Shown here: positions 17,945 through 27,453 of the stretch, in pieces
How positions within the stretch are numbered: the stretch's first letter is position 1
Layout of the letters: every line of letters begins with the position of its first letter
Origin: an uncultured bacterium
GTDB lineage: Bacteria > Verrucomicrobiota > Verrucomicrobiia > Chthoniobacterales > SZAS-18
Assembly: GCA_963702865.1 (NCBI GenBank)
Contig: OY969764.1
Coordinates: 3,440,874-3,504,873 of the forward strand
Direction: 5' to 3'
DNA: 64,000 nt
The notes under the pieces: generated by a model
The model's input: the letters and a program-made list of their open reading frames with translations, nothing else
Database searches by the model: none
What the model was told of the DNA's origin: nothing
Program-made: the position numbers and the translations under genes

Positions 17945-19291
17945 ATGACGGACACGATTGCGGCCGTCGCGACGCCGCTGGGCGAAAGCGCCATAGCGCT
18001 GTTGCGTCTGTCCGGGCCGCAGGCGCTGAAAATTGCAGGCCAGTTGCTGCGGGGGCGGGTGGACGTCGCGTCCTTCGCGCCGCGCCGCCAGTATCTCACG
18101 ATGGTTCACTCCGGGGACGGGCTTCCGCTCGATCAGGTGCTCGCGAGCGTGCATCCCGCGCCGCATAGCTACACGGGCGAGGACATCGTCGAGCTGACCT
18201 GCCACGGAGGCGTCCTGCTCACCCGGCGGGTACTCGAGGCGGCGCTTTCAGCTGGGGCGCGTTCGGCGGGTCCGGGGGAGTTTACCCAACGGGCCTTCCT
18301 GAACGGCAAAATGGATCTTACCCAGGCCGAAGCCGTGATGGATCTCATTCAGGCGCAAACGGACCTCGCCCTACGGTCGGCCGCTGAACAACTCGGCGGT
18401 CGGCTTGGCCAACGCATCCTGGGATTGCGCGAGGATCTGCTCGGGCTGATTGCCCATGTCGAGGCGTTCATAGATTTCCCCGAAGAAGACATCCAACCCG
18501 AAACGGGCGCGTTGTTGCTGGACCGGCTGGACGGGATCGGCGGAGCGCTGGGGGAATTGCTCGCGACTGCGGACCAGGGACGCATCTTGCGCGAGGGCGT
18601 TCGCACGGTGATTTACGGCGAGCCAAATGTCGGAAAATCGAGCCTCCTCAACGCGCTCGTCGGGTACGATCGCGCCATTGTCAGCGCACTGCCCGGAACC
18701 ACGCGCGATACCGTCGAGGAATTCATCAACGTGCGGGGTTTGGCGCTGCATCTGGCTGATACCGCCGGCTTACGCGAATCTCTGGACCCGCTGGAAAACG
18801 CCGGTATCCAGCGCACCCGCGAGACCCTGGCGCGCGCCGATCTCACGCTACACGTTGTCGATGCCAGCCGCGCGCCGGAAGACGGTGACAGGTCCGTCAC
18901 TGCACCGCCGGTCAGCGAAATCTTGGTGATCAACAAGATCGACCTGGGCATTCATCCCGGTTGGAGCGCGCGGGCAGGCGCGGTCCTGGTCTCATGCCAG
19001 TCGGGCGAGGGCTTGCCGGCGCTGCAGGACGCGATTTACAAGAGCGTCACCGGAGGGGAGATGCGCTGGCGGCAGCCCACGATCGCCATCAATGCGCGAC
19101 ACCAGGCCTGCCTGCAACGCGCCCAGGAAACGCTGCGAATGGCGCGCCAGGCGCTGGCGGACGGTTTGTCGCCGGAGTTCGTAGCGGTCGATTTGCGGGC
19201 AGCGCTGGAGGCGGTGGGTGAAATCGTCGGCGGCGCCGGCACCGAGGACATCCTGAGCCGCATTTTTTCCACGTTCTGCCTCGGCAAATAA
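17945..19291 (+). CDS. mnmE: tRNA modification GTPase MnmE/TrmE
   Basis: MTDTIAAVATPLGESAIALLRLSGP..., G-domain GEPNVGKSSLLNAL, C-terminal FCLGK motif; start at internal ATG 17945. Confidence 0.9.
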   Translation: MTDTIAAVATPLGESAIALLRLSGPQALKIAGQLLRGRVDVASFAPRRQYLTMVHSGDGLPLDQVLASVHPAPHSYTGEDIVELTCHGGVLLTRRVLEAALSAGARSAGPGEFTQRAFLNGKMDLTQAEAVMDLIQAQTDLALRSAAEQLGGRLGQRILGLREDLLGLIAHVEAFIDFPEEDIQPETGALLLDRLDGIGGALGELLATADQGRILREGVRTVIYGEPNVGKSSLLNALVGYDRAIVSALPGTTRDTVEEFINVRGLALHLADTAGLRESLDPLENAGIQRTRETLARADLTLHVVDASRAPEDGDRSVTAPPVSEILVINKIDLGIHPGWSARAGAVLVSCQSGEGLPALQDAIYKSVTGGEMRWRQPTIAINARHQACLQRAQETLRMARQALADGLSPEFVAVDLRAALEAVGEIVGGAGTEDILSRIFSTFCLGK

Positions 19292-19309
19292 GCTAAGGTC
19301 GCCGCGACC

Positions 19310-20362
19310 ATGCTTGGCGACGCGCTTTACCGGTATCTGCTGCGGTCGCTCCTTTTTCAGCTGGATCCCGAGACGGCGCACCATCTGGCGATGGGCGCTC
19401 TGCAGGCGGCCTGGCGCGGGCGTCTCCCGTTGCTGCTCTTGCGCGCGCTCTCCGGCGCGAGGCCACCTGATCCACGCTTGGCGCGGACATTTTTCGGCGT
19501 CAATTTTCCCAATCCCATCGGTTTGGCGGCCGGCTTCGATAAGGATGGCACCGCGCTGCCCGCCTGGCCGGCGTTGGGCTTTGGATTTGTCGAAGTCGGG
19601 ACAATCACCGCCCTGCCGCAACCGGGCAACCCGCGGCCGCGGCTCTTCCGGGTGCCGGAGCAACGCGCGCTCATCAACCGGCTAGGTTTCAATAACCAGG
19701 GCGCCCAAGCTGCCGCGGCGCGTTTCACGGCTCTGCAGGCTTTGGAGCGGTGGCCGTCGATTCCGGTGGGCATTAACATTGGCAAGTCCAAGGTGACGCC
19801 GCTGGAAGAGGCGGCCGCGGATTACGTCTCGTCCTTCGAGCAGTTGCAGGCGTTCGGAGATTACTTCGTCCTGAACGTTAGCTCGCCGAATACCCCCGGG
19901 CTGCGGGGCTTGCAACAAGGAGCGGAGCTGAATGTCTTGCTACGCGCCGTACAGGAAAAGAATCAGGCGCTGGCGGTGCCTCGCCCGCTTCTACTGAAGA
20001 TCGCGCCGGATCTGAATGAGGGACAAATCGAAGAGATTGTCGCGCTCGCGGGCACCCACGGCCTCGCCGGGATCGTGGCGACGAACACGACCATTGACCG
20101 GACCGGCGTGCCGGGCCGATTTGCCAACGAAAGCGGCGGCCTGAGCGGGGAACCGTTGCGGGCTCGCTCGACGGAAATCGTGCGTTTTCTGGCGGCGCGG
20201 ACGTCCCTGCCGATCATCGCTGTCGGCGGGGTGGGGGACACAGCGTCCGCGCAGGAGAAGTTCGACGCCGGTGCAGCGCTCGTGCAACTTTACACAGGCT
20301 TGATCTACGCGGGGCCGACGCTCGTTCCGCGCCTGTGCCGTGCCCTACGTTTCCCCAAGTAG
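19310..20362 (+). CDS. pyrD: Dihydroorotate dehydrogenase (quinone), class 2
   Basis: FFGVNFPNPIGLAAGFDKDG...FGFVEVGTIT...NRLGFNNQG...NVSSPNTPGLR... Confidence 0.9.
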   Translation: MLGDALYRYLLRSLLFQLDPETAHHLAMGALQAAWRGRLPLLLLRALSGARPPDPRLARTFFGVNFPNPIGLAAGFDKDGTALPAWPALGFGFVEVGTITALPQPGNPRPRLFRVPEQRALINRLGFNNQGAQAAAARFTALQALERWPSIPVGINIGKSKVTPLEEAAADYVSSFEQLQAFGDYFVLNVSSPNTPGLRGLQQGAELNVLLRAVQEKNQALAVPRPLLLKIAPDLNEGQIEEIVALAGTHGLAGIVATNTTIDRTGVPGRFANESGGLSGEPLRARSTEIVRFLAARTSLPIIAVGGVGDTASAQEKFDAGAALVQLYTGLIYAGPTLVPRLCRALRFPK

Positions 20363-20373
20363 GGGCGGGCGGC

Positions 20374-20997
20374 TTACTTGCCGCGATTGTTCTTCATCCG
20401 CGCGCCACCGACCTTCGGGCGAACCTGCGAAGTCGCCTTGAGCTTGCGCGTCTTGGAATCGGCGCGTTTGGCAATTTCCGCCGCCCGGCGGGAACCGATC
20501 GCGCCCTTTTTCTTCGTGGCAGTCGTGCTCTTCTCCGCGGGTGCGGCTTCGGGCTCGCCTTCCGTGGCAGGGACAGCGGCTTTCGCCTTTGCCTTGGCCG
20601 TCGGTTTGACCTCTTTAGGCGCCAACTCGTCCGTTGCGGGCGCGCCATCGACCCATTCGATATATGCCATCGGCGCGCTATCGCTCAGGCGCGGCCCGAG
20701 CTTGATGATACGCGTGTAACCACCGGCCCGATGCGCGCTGCGCGGGGCAATTTCCTCGAACAGCTTCTTCACCAAACCAGGCTGGTGCAGATAAGAGATG
20801 GCGTTACGCCGGTCGTGCAAAGTACCGCGCTTGCCCAAGGTCAGCATCTTTTCGGCAAACGGCCGGACGGCCTTGGCCTTGGCCAGCGTCGTCTTGATGC
20901 GGCTATGCTCGATCAGGCTGCAAACCTGATTGGCGAGCAAGGCCTTGCGGTGCTCCGCGGTGCGTCCCAGCTTAACGGTCTTCTTTTGATGTCTCAT
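20374..20997 (-). CDS. rplQ: 50S ribosomal protein L17 with ~80-aa Lys/Ala-rich C-terminal extension
   Basis: [24 protein letters not shown]...[21 protein letters not shown] is an L17 signature. Tail [35 protein letters not shown]... is histone-H1-like low complexity. Confidence 0.85.
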   Translation of the reverse strand: MRHQKKTVKLGRTAEHRKALLANQVCSLIEHSRIKTTLAKAKAVRPFAEKMLTLGKRGTLHDRRNAISYLHQPGLVKKLFEEIAPRSAHRAGGYTRIIKLGPRLSDSAPMAYIEWVDGAPATDELAPKEVKPTAKAKAKAAVPATEGEPEAAPAEKSTTATKKKGAIGSRRAAEIAKRADSKTRKLKATSQVRPKVGGARMKNNRGK

Positions 20998-21061
20998 GGC
21001 AAAGTCGGCGGCGCCGAGGGGATGTACGATTATCCCTTCGGCTGCCTGCCCGCAAGTTTCT

Positions 21062-22114
21062 TTAACTAATGAAGTCCAGGGCGGCGCGAGCGTCCTCGTT
21101 GCCGTCTCCGTTCTCGCCGGCGATCGGCAGATCGACCAGGCCGCTATCGAACTTCATGCCCAGGCCGAGACCCAACTGCTGCAGCTTGTCCTTGATCTCG
21201 TTGAGGGATTTCTTGCCGAAATTGCGGTACTTGAGCATCTCGCCTTCGGTTTTCTGCGCCAATTGGCCCACCGTCGTAATGTTCGCGTTATTAAGGCAGT
21301 TCGCCGCGCGCACACTGAGCTCGATCTCGTTGACGCTCATGTTGAGCAGCTTCTTGAGCTTGGCGTTTTCCTGGCTGACGCCCTCCGGCGTGGTATCGAA
21401 CTCGATCACGTTTTCGTCGTAATTGACGAAGACATCGAGATGATGGCGAAGAATGGCGCTCGCTTGCAGCAGCGCGTCATTCGGATCGATGCGGCCATCG
21501 GTAAAGACGTCCAGCACCAGTTTGTCGTAATCCGTCCGCTGGCCCACACGCGTGTTTTCAACCGAGTACTTGACCTTGGTTACGGGCGAAAAGATGGAAT
21601 CGATCGGGATCAGGCCGATCGGTTGATCGGGCCGCTTGTTCTCCTCGCCGGTGGCGAAACCGCGGCCCACGCGCACCTCGAACTCGGCTTCGAACTTCTG
21701 CTTCTTGTCGACCGTGCAGATGATTTGTTCCGGGTTGAGGACCTCGCATTGCGCCGTCGACTGGATATCGCCCGCGGTGATGGCGCCTTCCCGATTCGTG
21801 CTCAGGGTGAGGTTACGGATTTCGTGGTCGTTGGCCTTAAACTTGACCTTCTTGAGATTGAGGATGATGTCGGTGACGTCATCGAGTACGCCGGGGAGCG
21901 CGGTAAATTCGTGCTGCGCGCCGTTGATGCGTACAGCGGTAATGGCGGCGCCTTCGAGCGAAGACAGCAACACACGACGAAGAGAATTGCCGATGGTGTG
22001 TCCATAACCGGCCTCGAAAGGCTCGGCGGTGAAGCGCGCATAGGTGGGAGTGGCGGTGGCCTCGTCTTTGACGAGGCTCTTGGGCATTTCAAAACGCCCG
22101 AGGCGGATAGGCAT
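21062..22114 (-). CDS. rpoA: DNA-directed RNA polymerase alpha subunit
   Basis: [45 protein letters not shown]...; C-terminal domain [20 protein letters not shown]. Confidence 0.9.
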   Translation of the reverse strand: MPIRLGRFEMPKSLVKDEATATPTYARFTAEPFEAGYGHTIGNSLRRVLLSSLEGAAITAVRINGAQHEFTALPGVLDDVTDIILNLKKVKFKANDHEIRNLTLSTNREGAITAGDIQSTAQCEVLNPEQIICTVDKKQKFEAEFEVRVGRGFATGEENKRPDQPIGLIPIDSIFSPVTKVKYSVENTRVGQRTDYDKLVLDVFTDGRIDPNDALLQASAILRHHLDVFVNYDENVIEFDTTPEGVSQENAKLKKLLNMSVNEIELSVRAANCLNNANITTVGQLAQKTEGEMLKYRNFGKKSLNEIKDKLQQLGLGLGMKFDSGLVDLPIAGENGDGNEDARAALDFIS

Positions 22115-22283
22115 AACTAGGATTTACTCGGAGCACCGGGTTACCCCTGGCGAGTCGATCATCCACGCTGCGGCGGACAATCCAGGGACCAACGGCGCGA
22201 TTCTTTGGCAAGGCTCGCTTGTTGAAGGGATGGAAGTAAAGCGCGGTTTTGACCGCTTGCAAGGGGAATTGACGCGGAGTGGC

Positions 22284-23984
22284 CTACACCCGGAATAACG
22301 CGCCCATCCGTTTGCCCAGCAATGCGCTCGCCCCCAGGATGGTGACGCCCAGGAAGGCCATCGCCCAAACGCCCAAGGCACTGGCCACGCCGCGCCCCGT
22401 GCCAAGCAGTTGGTACAATTCGTAAATGGCCTTGGTGATCGGATAGTTGGCCTGCTTTTGCGCGAGTAACAGCGAATCGCTGACCTCCAGCATTGCGAAC
22501 GCAAAGGTCAGCAACCCGCCGGCGAGCAAGTTGGCGCCGATCAGGGGCAGCGTGATCCGGCGCAGCGACCGCCAGGGCGTGGAACCGAGATTTTGCGCGG
22601 CCTCCTCCAGCGTCACGCTCGTTTGTTGAAAACCCGCCGCCACCGAACGCACCATGTACGGCAGCCGCCGCACCGCGTAGGCAATCACCAGCAACGGCGT
22701 CGGGTTATTGCTGGGATTGAGGAACGCCAGGAGATGCCCCTGCTGGGTCATGGCCAGGTAACCAAACGCCAGCACGAGCCCCGGCACGGCCAATGGCAAC
22801 ATCGCCACCGCATCGAGCAGGCTGCGGCCCGGCAGCGTCGTTCGCACCACGACATACGCGATGCCGACCCCGAGCAACGCGTCAAACACGGTGGAAAGCG
22901 CCGCGTATTTGAGGCTGTTGCCGATGGACGGCACCGTCATGCTGTGGCCCAGCCCAGCGCGGAAGTTATCCAGCGTCCAGGTTTGCGGCAGAACGGAGTG
23001 GTACCAATCGCGCGAGAAGGCAACCAGGACGACCCCGAAATGCGGCAGCAGCGCCAGCCCGATCACGGCGCCAAAAACCAGGACGCAGAGCGCACCCCGC
23101 CAACCGCCGAGCGGCCGCGGACCACCGCGCGTCGTGGCCTTGGAGATCATCGCGAGATTGTCGCCCCGGCGCCCAAACGCAAGCCGGCTGGTCACATAAA
23201 GCAACAAAGTCGCGGCCAGCATGACGGCTACCAGCGCGTAGGGAAACGGGTTCGAGCCGATATCGCGGATGCCATAGAAAATCTGCACTGAAGTCAGCCG
23301 CGTGTAATCGAAGATGAGCGGTACGCCCAGCTCGGTGAACGCCCAGATGAAAACGATGGTGCCGCCCGCGAAAACGCCCGGCGCGATCAACGGCAGGGTC
23401 ACACGCCGCCACTTGCGCCAGCCGGTGCAGCCCAGATTTTCCGCTGCTTCCTCCATGGCAGGATCGACGTTCGCGAGCGCCGCCGCCACGTTGAGGTACA
23501 GGACCGGATAAAGATGCAGGGCGTTCAGCGCCGCGATACCCCAAAAACGGTGATAACCCAGCCAATCGACAGCGTGATCAGCCCGCAGCAGCCCGCAGTC
23601 CTGCAACAAGGCATTCAGGGCACCTTCCTGCCCGAGAATCTTGCGAATGCCGATGGCGCCGACAAACGGCGGCAGCATCATCGGCGCGAGCAGACAAGCC
23701 GTCAGGACCTTCTTGCCGGCAAATTCAAAGCGGTCGCCCAGCCAGGCCAGCGGCATGGCGAGGGCAAAGGCGCCCGCCGTACTCCCTATGCCCAGCAAAA
23801 AGGCGTTGCGCAAGCCCTCCACATAAACAGGATTGCGAAAAACCTCGATCGCATACCGTAGCGTGAACGAGTTCCCGGCGTCGAAAAACGCTCCCCGGAG
23901 CGTCTGCGCGATCGGATAAATGAAGAACGCCGCGAAAAACGCCGCCGTGAGCGCGGCGACAAAGAGAGACAGCGGCCGGGACAT
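22284..23984 (-). CDS. ABC transporter permease with two fused transmembrane domains (iron(III)/thiamine-type, FbpB/ThiP-like)
   Basis: 566 aa; two repeated permease halves with EAA-like loops (LRRITLPLIAP... and LRRITLPLIGANLLAGG); polytopic. Confidence 0.75.
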   Translation of the reverse strand: MSRPLSLFVAALTAAFFAAFFIYPIAQTLRGAFFDAGNSFTLRYAIEVFRNPVYVEGLRNAFLLGIGSTAGAFALAMPLAWLGDRFEFAGKKVLTACLLAPMMLPPFVGAIGIRKILGQEGALNALLQDCGLLRADHAVDWLGYHRFWGIAALNALHLYPVLYLNVAAALANVDPAMEEAAENLGCTGWRKWRRVTLPLIAPGVFAGGTIVFIWAFTELGVPLIFDYTRLTSVQIFYGIRDIGSNPFPYALVAVMLAATLLLYVTSRLAFGRRGDNLAMISKATTRGGPRPLGGWRGALCVLVFGAVIGLALLPHFGVVLVAFSRDWYHSVLPQTWTLDNFRAGLGHSMTVPSIGNSLKYAALSTVFDALLGVGIAYVVVRTTLPGRSLLDAVAMLPLAVPGLVLAFGYLAMTQQGHLLAFLNPSNNPTPLLVIAYAVRRLPYMVRSVAAGFQQTSVTLEEAAQNLGSTPWRSLRRITLPLIGANLLAGGLLTFAFAMLEVSDSLLLAQKQANYPITKAIYELYQLLGTGRGVASALGVWAMAFLGVTILGASALLGKRMGALFRV

Positions 23985-24047
23985 GGGTCACTGGTCACGC
24001 CCCGCCGTCTGAAACCACGCCCTCCCTCTCTGGCTGCCGGCAACTCC

Positions 24048-25811
24048 TTATAACACCGCCGGGATCGGAACTTGATTGGCCAAAATCACCGATGCACTCG
24101 ATTTCGGCGCCAGGCCATAGGCGGCGTTTGGGACAATGGTGACGGTGACCTTCTCGCCGTCAGTCGCCAACGTACTCCCCAATGGGATGACTTTAATCAC
24201 CGCGGAGGTCTGCCCGCTGCGAATTTTCACCGTGCCGGATAATTGGGCGTAATCGACCCCGGGCATGGCTGGGCCGCTTACCGTGTATTTGACGGTCAGC
24301 CGGGAATCCAGGTTGCCTCCGGTCCGGGTAACCGTGAACTTGCCCTTCGTCTGATCGGACTCGTACGCCCTCTTCTTGGTCGCTGCGATGCCGACAACGA
24401 CGCCAGGGGGAGCATCGGCCACCGTGTTGAAGCGCGCGACGTACGGGCGCGTGACGCCGTCCACCGAGGTGAAGGTACCGCCAACGAGCAATTTCGCGTC
24501 CGCTTGCAACGCGAGCGCATTGACGTTGAAGACCGGACCGGTACCGACATCGAAGCTGGAATCGAGGGTGCCGTCCGTGTTCAGGCGGGCAATGAGGTTG
24601 GCCGGCACCCCGTCGTAGCCGAGGAACGGACCGCCGATGATGATCTTGCCATCCGCCTGCAGCACCACGGCGTTGACCAGTTCGTTGGAAACCTTGAAGT
24701 TGGGATCCTTGTAGGCGGTGCCGGCGCCGCCGGGATTAAACGAACCGTCCAGCGATCCATCGGGATTCAAGCGGTAGACCGAAGTGACCGGCGTGGGATT
24801 CAAGGCGGTGGCAGTGCTCGGATCGCGAAAGCTGCCGCCCACCACAATCTTGCCGTCGCTTTGCAGCGCCATGGTCAGCACCTGGTCGACGGAATAATCA
24901 TTTCCGAAGTTCGGCGCCGGCGGATTGAAAGCTGGGTCCGGGACAAACCCGGTATCCACGCTGCCGTCCGTGTTCAGGCGGGCGATGGCGCGACGTGAAG
25001 TGCCTCCGATGCTCGTGAAGACGCCGCCGATAATCACCTTGCCATCCGGCTGAACCACGATTGCATGCACGGTCGGGTACGTGGAGACGGGGTTGGAATC
25101 CGGCGGCGTACCGGCGAAATTGCCGGGTGCAAAGGAGGTATCGAGGGTGCCGTCCGCGTTGAGCCGCGCCAGGGCGTTGCTCTTGGTGGTGTTGATATAG
25201 CTGAAGTCGCCTCCGACCAGCACCTGGCCATTCGACAGCGGCACGACTGCGTACACGCTGCCGCTGAATCGAGGCGCCTGAAACGAAGTGTCGATGCTGC
25301 CGTCTGAATTCAAGCGAATCAGGCCGCCGTAACCGGGTTTGCCGTTGACGAAGAAAAAGGCGCCACCCACCAGGACCTTGTCGTCCGATTGCACCGCCGT
25401 GGTAAAAACCACGACCTTAAAATTCGGATTGGTCGCGGTGATGATGGAGTCGGTCAGCGTGTCATAGCTCTGGATCCTCGGCGGAACAAAGCCGGTATCG
25501 AGTGACCCATCCGAGTGCACGCGATAGATCGGACCGAGTTGGACGCCATCGATCTGCGTCAGTTCCCCGCCCAGGACGACATTGCCGTCCTTGGCCGGCG
25601 CGACCGTGAACACCTGATCCTGCAAGGTGCGGGTCAGCAGAAACCCGGCATCCAGGCTACCGGCCAACTGGGCCTTGGCGGGAACGCACCAGGCGCCAAG
25701 CACCAAACCCGCCGCCATATAGGCGGAAACACGCCGACGAGAAAGATTCAGCATGGAACAGAAATCTGCAATTACGCCGCGAACGTCAAGGAAGATGGCA
25801 CTAAAGTTCAT
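24048..25811 (-). CDS. Secreted delta-60-repeat (beta-propeller-like) protein with C-terminal Calx-beta domain
   Basis: Repeated LNxDGSLDTSF-type units (DGSLDTGF, DGSIDTSF, DGTLDTSF, DGSVDTGF, DGSLDGSF, DGTLDSSF), a signal-peptide-like N-terminus, and C-terminal PGVDYAQLSGTVKIRSGQTSAVIKVIPL (Calx-beta). The true start is probably an internal Met. Confidence 0.65.
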   Translation of the reverse strand: MNFSAIFLDVRGVIADFCSMLNLSRRRVSAYMAAGLVLGAWCVPAKAQLAGSLDAGFLLTRTLQDQVFTVAPAKDGNVVLGGELTQIDGVQLGPIYRVHSDGSLDTGFVPPRIQSYDTLTDSIITATNPNFKVVVFTTAVQSDDKVLVGGAFFFVNGKPGYGGLIRLNSDGSIDTSFQAPRFSGSVYAVVPLSNGQVLVGGDFSYINTTKSNALARLNADGTLDTSFAPGNFAGTPPDSNPVSTYPTVHAIVVQPDGKVIIGGVFTSIGGTSRRAIARLNTDGSVDTGFVPDPAFNPPAPNFGNDYSVDQVLTMALQSDGKIVVGGSFRDPSTATALNPTPVTSVYRLNPDGSLDGSFNPGGAGTAYKDPNFKVSNELVNAVVLQADGKIIIGGPFLGYDGVPANLIARLNTDGTLDSSFDVGTGPVFNVNALALQADAKLLVGGTFTSVDGVTRPYVARFNTVADAPPGVVVGIAATKKRAYESDQTKGKFTVTRTGGNLDSRLTVKYTVSGPAMPGVDYAQLSGTVKIRSGQTSAVIKVIPLGSTLATDGEKVTVTIVPNAAYGLAPKSSASVILANQVPIPAVL

Positions 25812-25901
25812 GAGAGCACAAACAAACAGCGCGTGTCCCGGTTCGGAACACGCGCTGTTGAAGCGAACTCTGGTGAAAGCAACTCCTACTCTCCGCGACC
25901 G

Positions 25902-27311
25902 TTACTTGGTCACCGTGCGGCTGCCTTCACCGCTGCCAGGTAAATTCGGGAATTGAGCGCCCGGATTGCCAGGCGGGACCGGATTCGGGCCACCATTAGG
26001 TGTGTTCACCGGCGGAATCTGTGGGACGATTTCATTGTCGGGAATCTGACCGAAGGCGCTCAACGACAGAACGCGCAGCGGCTGCCCCGCCGGCGCCGAG
26101 GCTGCCTGATCTTTGAAGTCCGGCTTATCCTTGTAGTCCGGCTTGTCCTTGTAATCGGGCTTGTCCTTGAAGTCCTTGAAATCACCGGCCGGCGCGCTGC
26201 CGGTCGCCACCGGATGGAATTCAGCCACCAGGAAACGGCCCGTTTGCCCGCTCAGATCGGCTGCCAGGCGGTTGAGGCCCGGTTGATTGGTCGTATCGAC
26301 CGAGTAAATGGCCTGGCGGCCACCGGTCCCGCTACGGCCCGAGTATTCACCGGACTCATTGCTGACGGGCTCCAGCGAGGGCGCGCCCACATAAGCGACA
26401 TTCGCGCGCTGCTCATCCTTACGATACGGATTATCCACCAGGTAAAAATCCAGGCGTCCGGCCGGAGCCTCATAAACGCAACTCAGCCGGTTCAGGATGC
26501 GGCGTGCGCCCAGATCGACGACGACTGCAGGCGCGGGATCGGTGGAGTCAAAGGCGTAACTGCTTTCGGCGTTGCCGTCGATCATCGACTGGGCGGCATC
26601 GAGGTCTCCGCCACGCGAGAGTGCGACCACCCGGGCGCCGGTATCCAGATTGGCGAGATCGAAGAAGACGTTACGCGAGTCTGCCGGCGAGAACCCGGCC
26701 ACACCTGGAGTTCCACTCACGAAGGAGTAACCCAGCGGCTTCGGCTGGAAGGAACTGATTGCCGGGGTGCCGAACAAGCCCAACCCGGAGATCCGGCCCG
26801 GGGCTTGCGTCACGAAATCAATCTTCACGTAGCGGCCATCCACGCTGCCGAGGTCGCAGGCTTCCACTTGCGCGCCATCGAAGTTTTCATCACTGGCGAC
26901 GGCGCGCCAACCCGGGGCGTCGAACGCCAATCTCGTGCTCGAAACGGAGACGGTGTACTTGCCCGCAGCACCGAAGTTAATGAAGTTCAAATGGCTCAAG
27001 ACTTGGATCTTGCTCAAAGTGAGGATCAGACTGGTTTGACCAGGCTTCAGCGGATAGGTCAATGCGGCATCGTCGGAGATCAGAGCCAGCGGCGAGCTGT
27101 TCTCCTCCATCGTCGCCTTCTCGGTGCTCTTGCCTTTCGGCTCACGTGCTTCCAGTAACGTGCCCACATCAGCTCGGGCCAGATTGACGGGCAGACGGCT
27201 GGCAGCCGTTGAAGCAGTGACATCGGCTGCCTTTGCAGTCCGACCGATTGGAGCAATCGCCGACGCGCAAACTGCCACTACCGCACCGTGATATAATAGG
27301 TATTTGTTCAT
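25902..27311 (-). CDS. Secreted protein with two discoidin/F5-8-type-C-like domains, a KPDYKD hexapeptide tandem repeat and a Pro/Gly-rich tail
   Basis: Signal peptide MNKYLLYHGAVVAVCASA; two internally similar ~120-aa beta-sandwich-like segments; DFKDFKDKPDYKDKPDYKDKPDFKDQ encoded by 18-bp tandem repeats at ~26105-26190. Confidence 0.55.
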   Translation of the reverse strand: MNKYLLYHGAVVAVCASAIAPIGRTAKAADVTASTAASRLPVNLARADVGTLLEAREPKGKSTEKATMEENSSPLALISDDAALTYPLKPGQTSLILTLSKIQVLSHLNFINFGAAGKYTVSVSSTRLAFDAPGWRAVASDENFDGAQVEACDLGSVDGRYVKIDFVTQAPGRISGLGLFGTPAISSFQPKPLGYSFVSGTPGVAGFSPADSRNVFFDLANLDTGARVVALSRGGDLDAAQSMIDGNAESSYAFDSTDPAPAVVVDLGARRILNRLSCVYEAPAGRLDFYLVDNPYRKDEQRANVAYVGAPSLEPVSNESGEYSGRSGTGGRQAIYSVDTTNQPGLNRLAADLSGQTGRFLVAEFHPVATGSAPAGDFKDFKDKPDYKDKPDYKDKPDFKDQAASAPAGQPLRVLSLSAFGQIPDNEIVPQIPPVNTPNGGPNPVPPGNPGAQFPNLPGSGEGSRTVTK

Positions 27312-27453
27312 TGAAGATCTCCCTGACCTGCTGTTTCACGCGTTAATGCCGATTTTTCTTAGACTTGGCAAGGAAAATATTCACATGTTTGGGAGTTTTT
27401 TCTTAGTAATGCGAATTTCTCCTGACTGATTTCACCCCACCAAGGTTGCGCTT

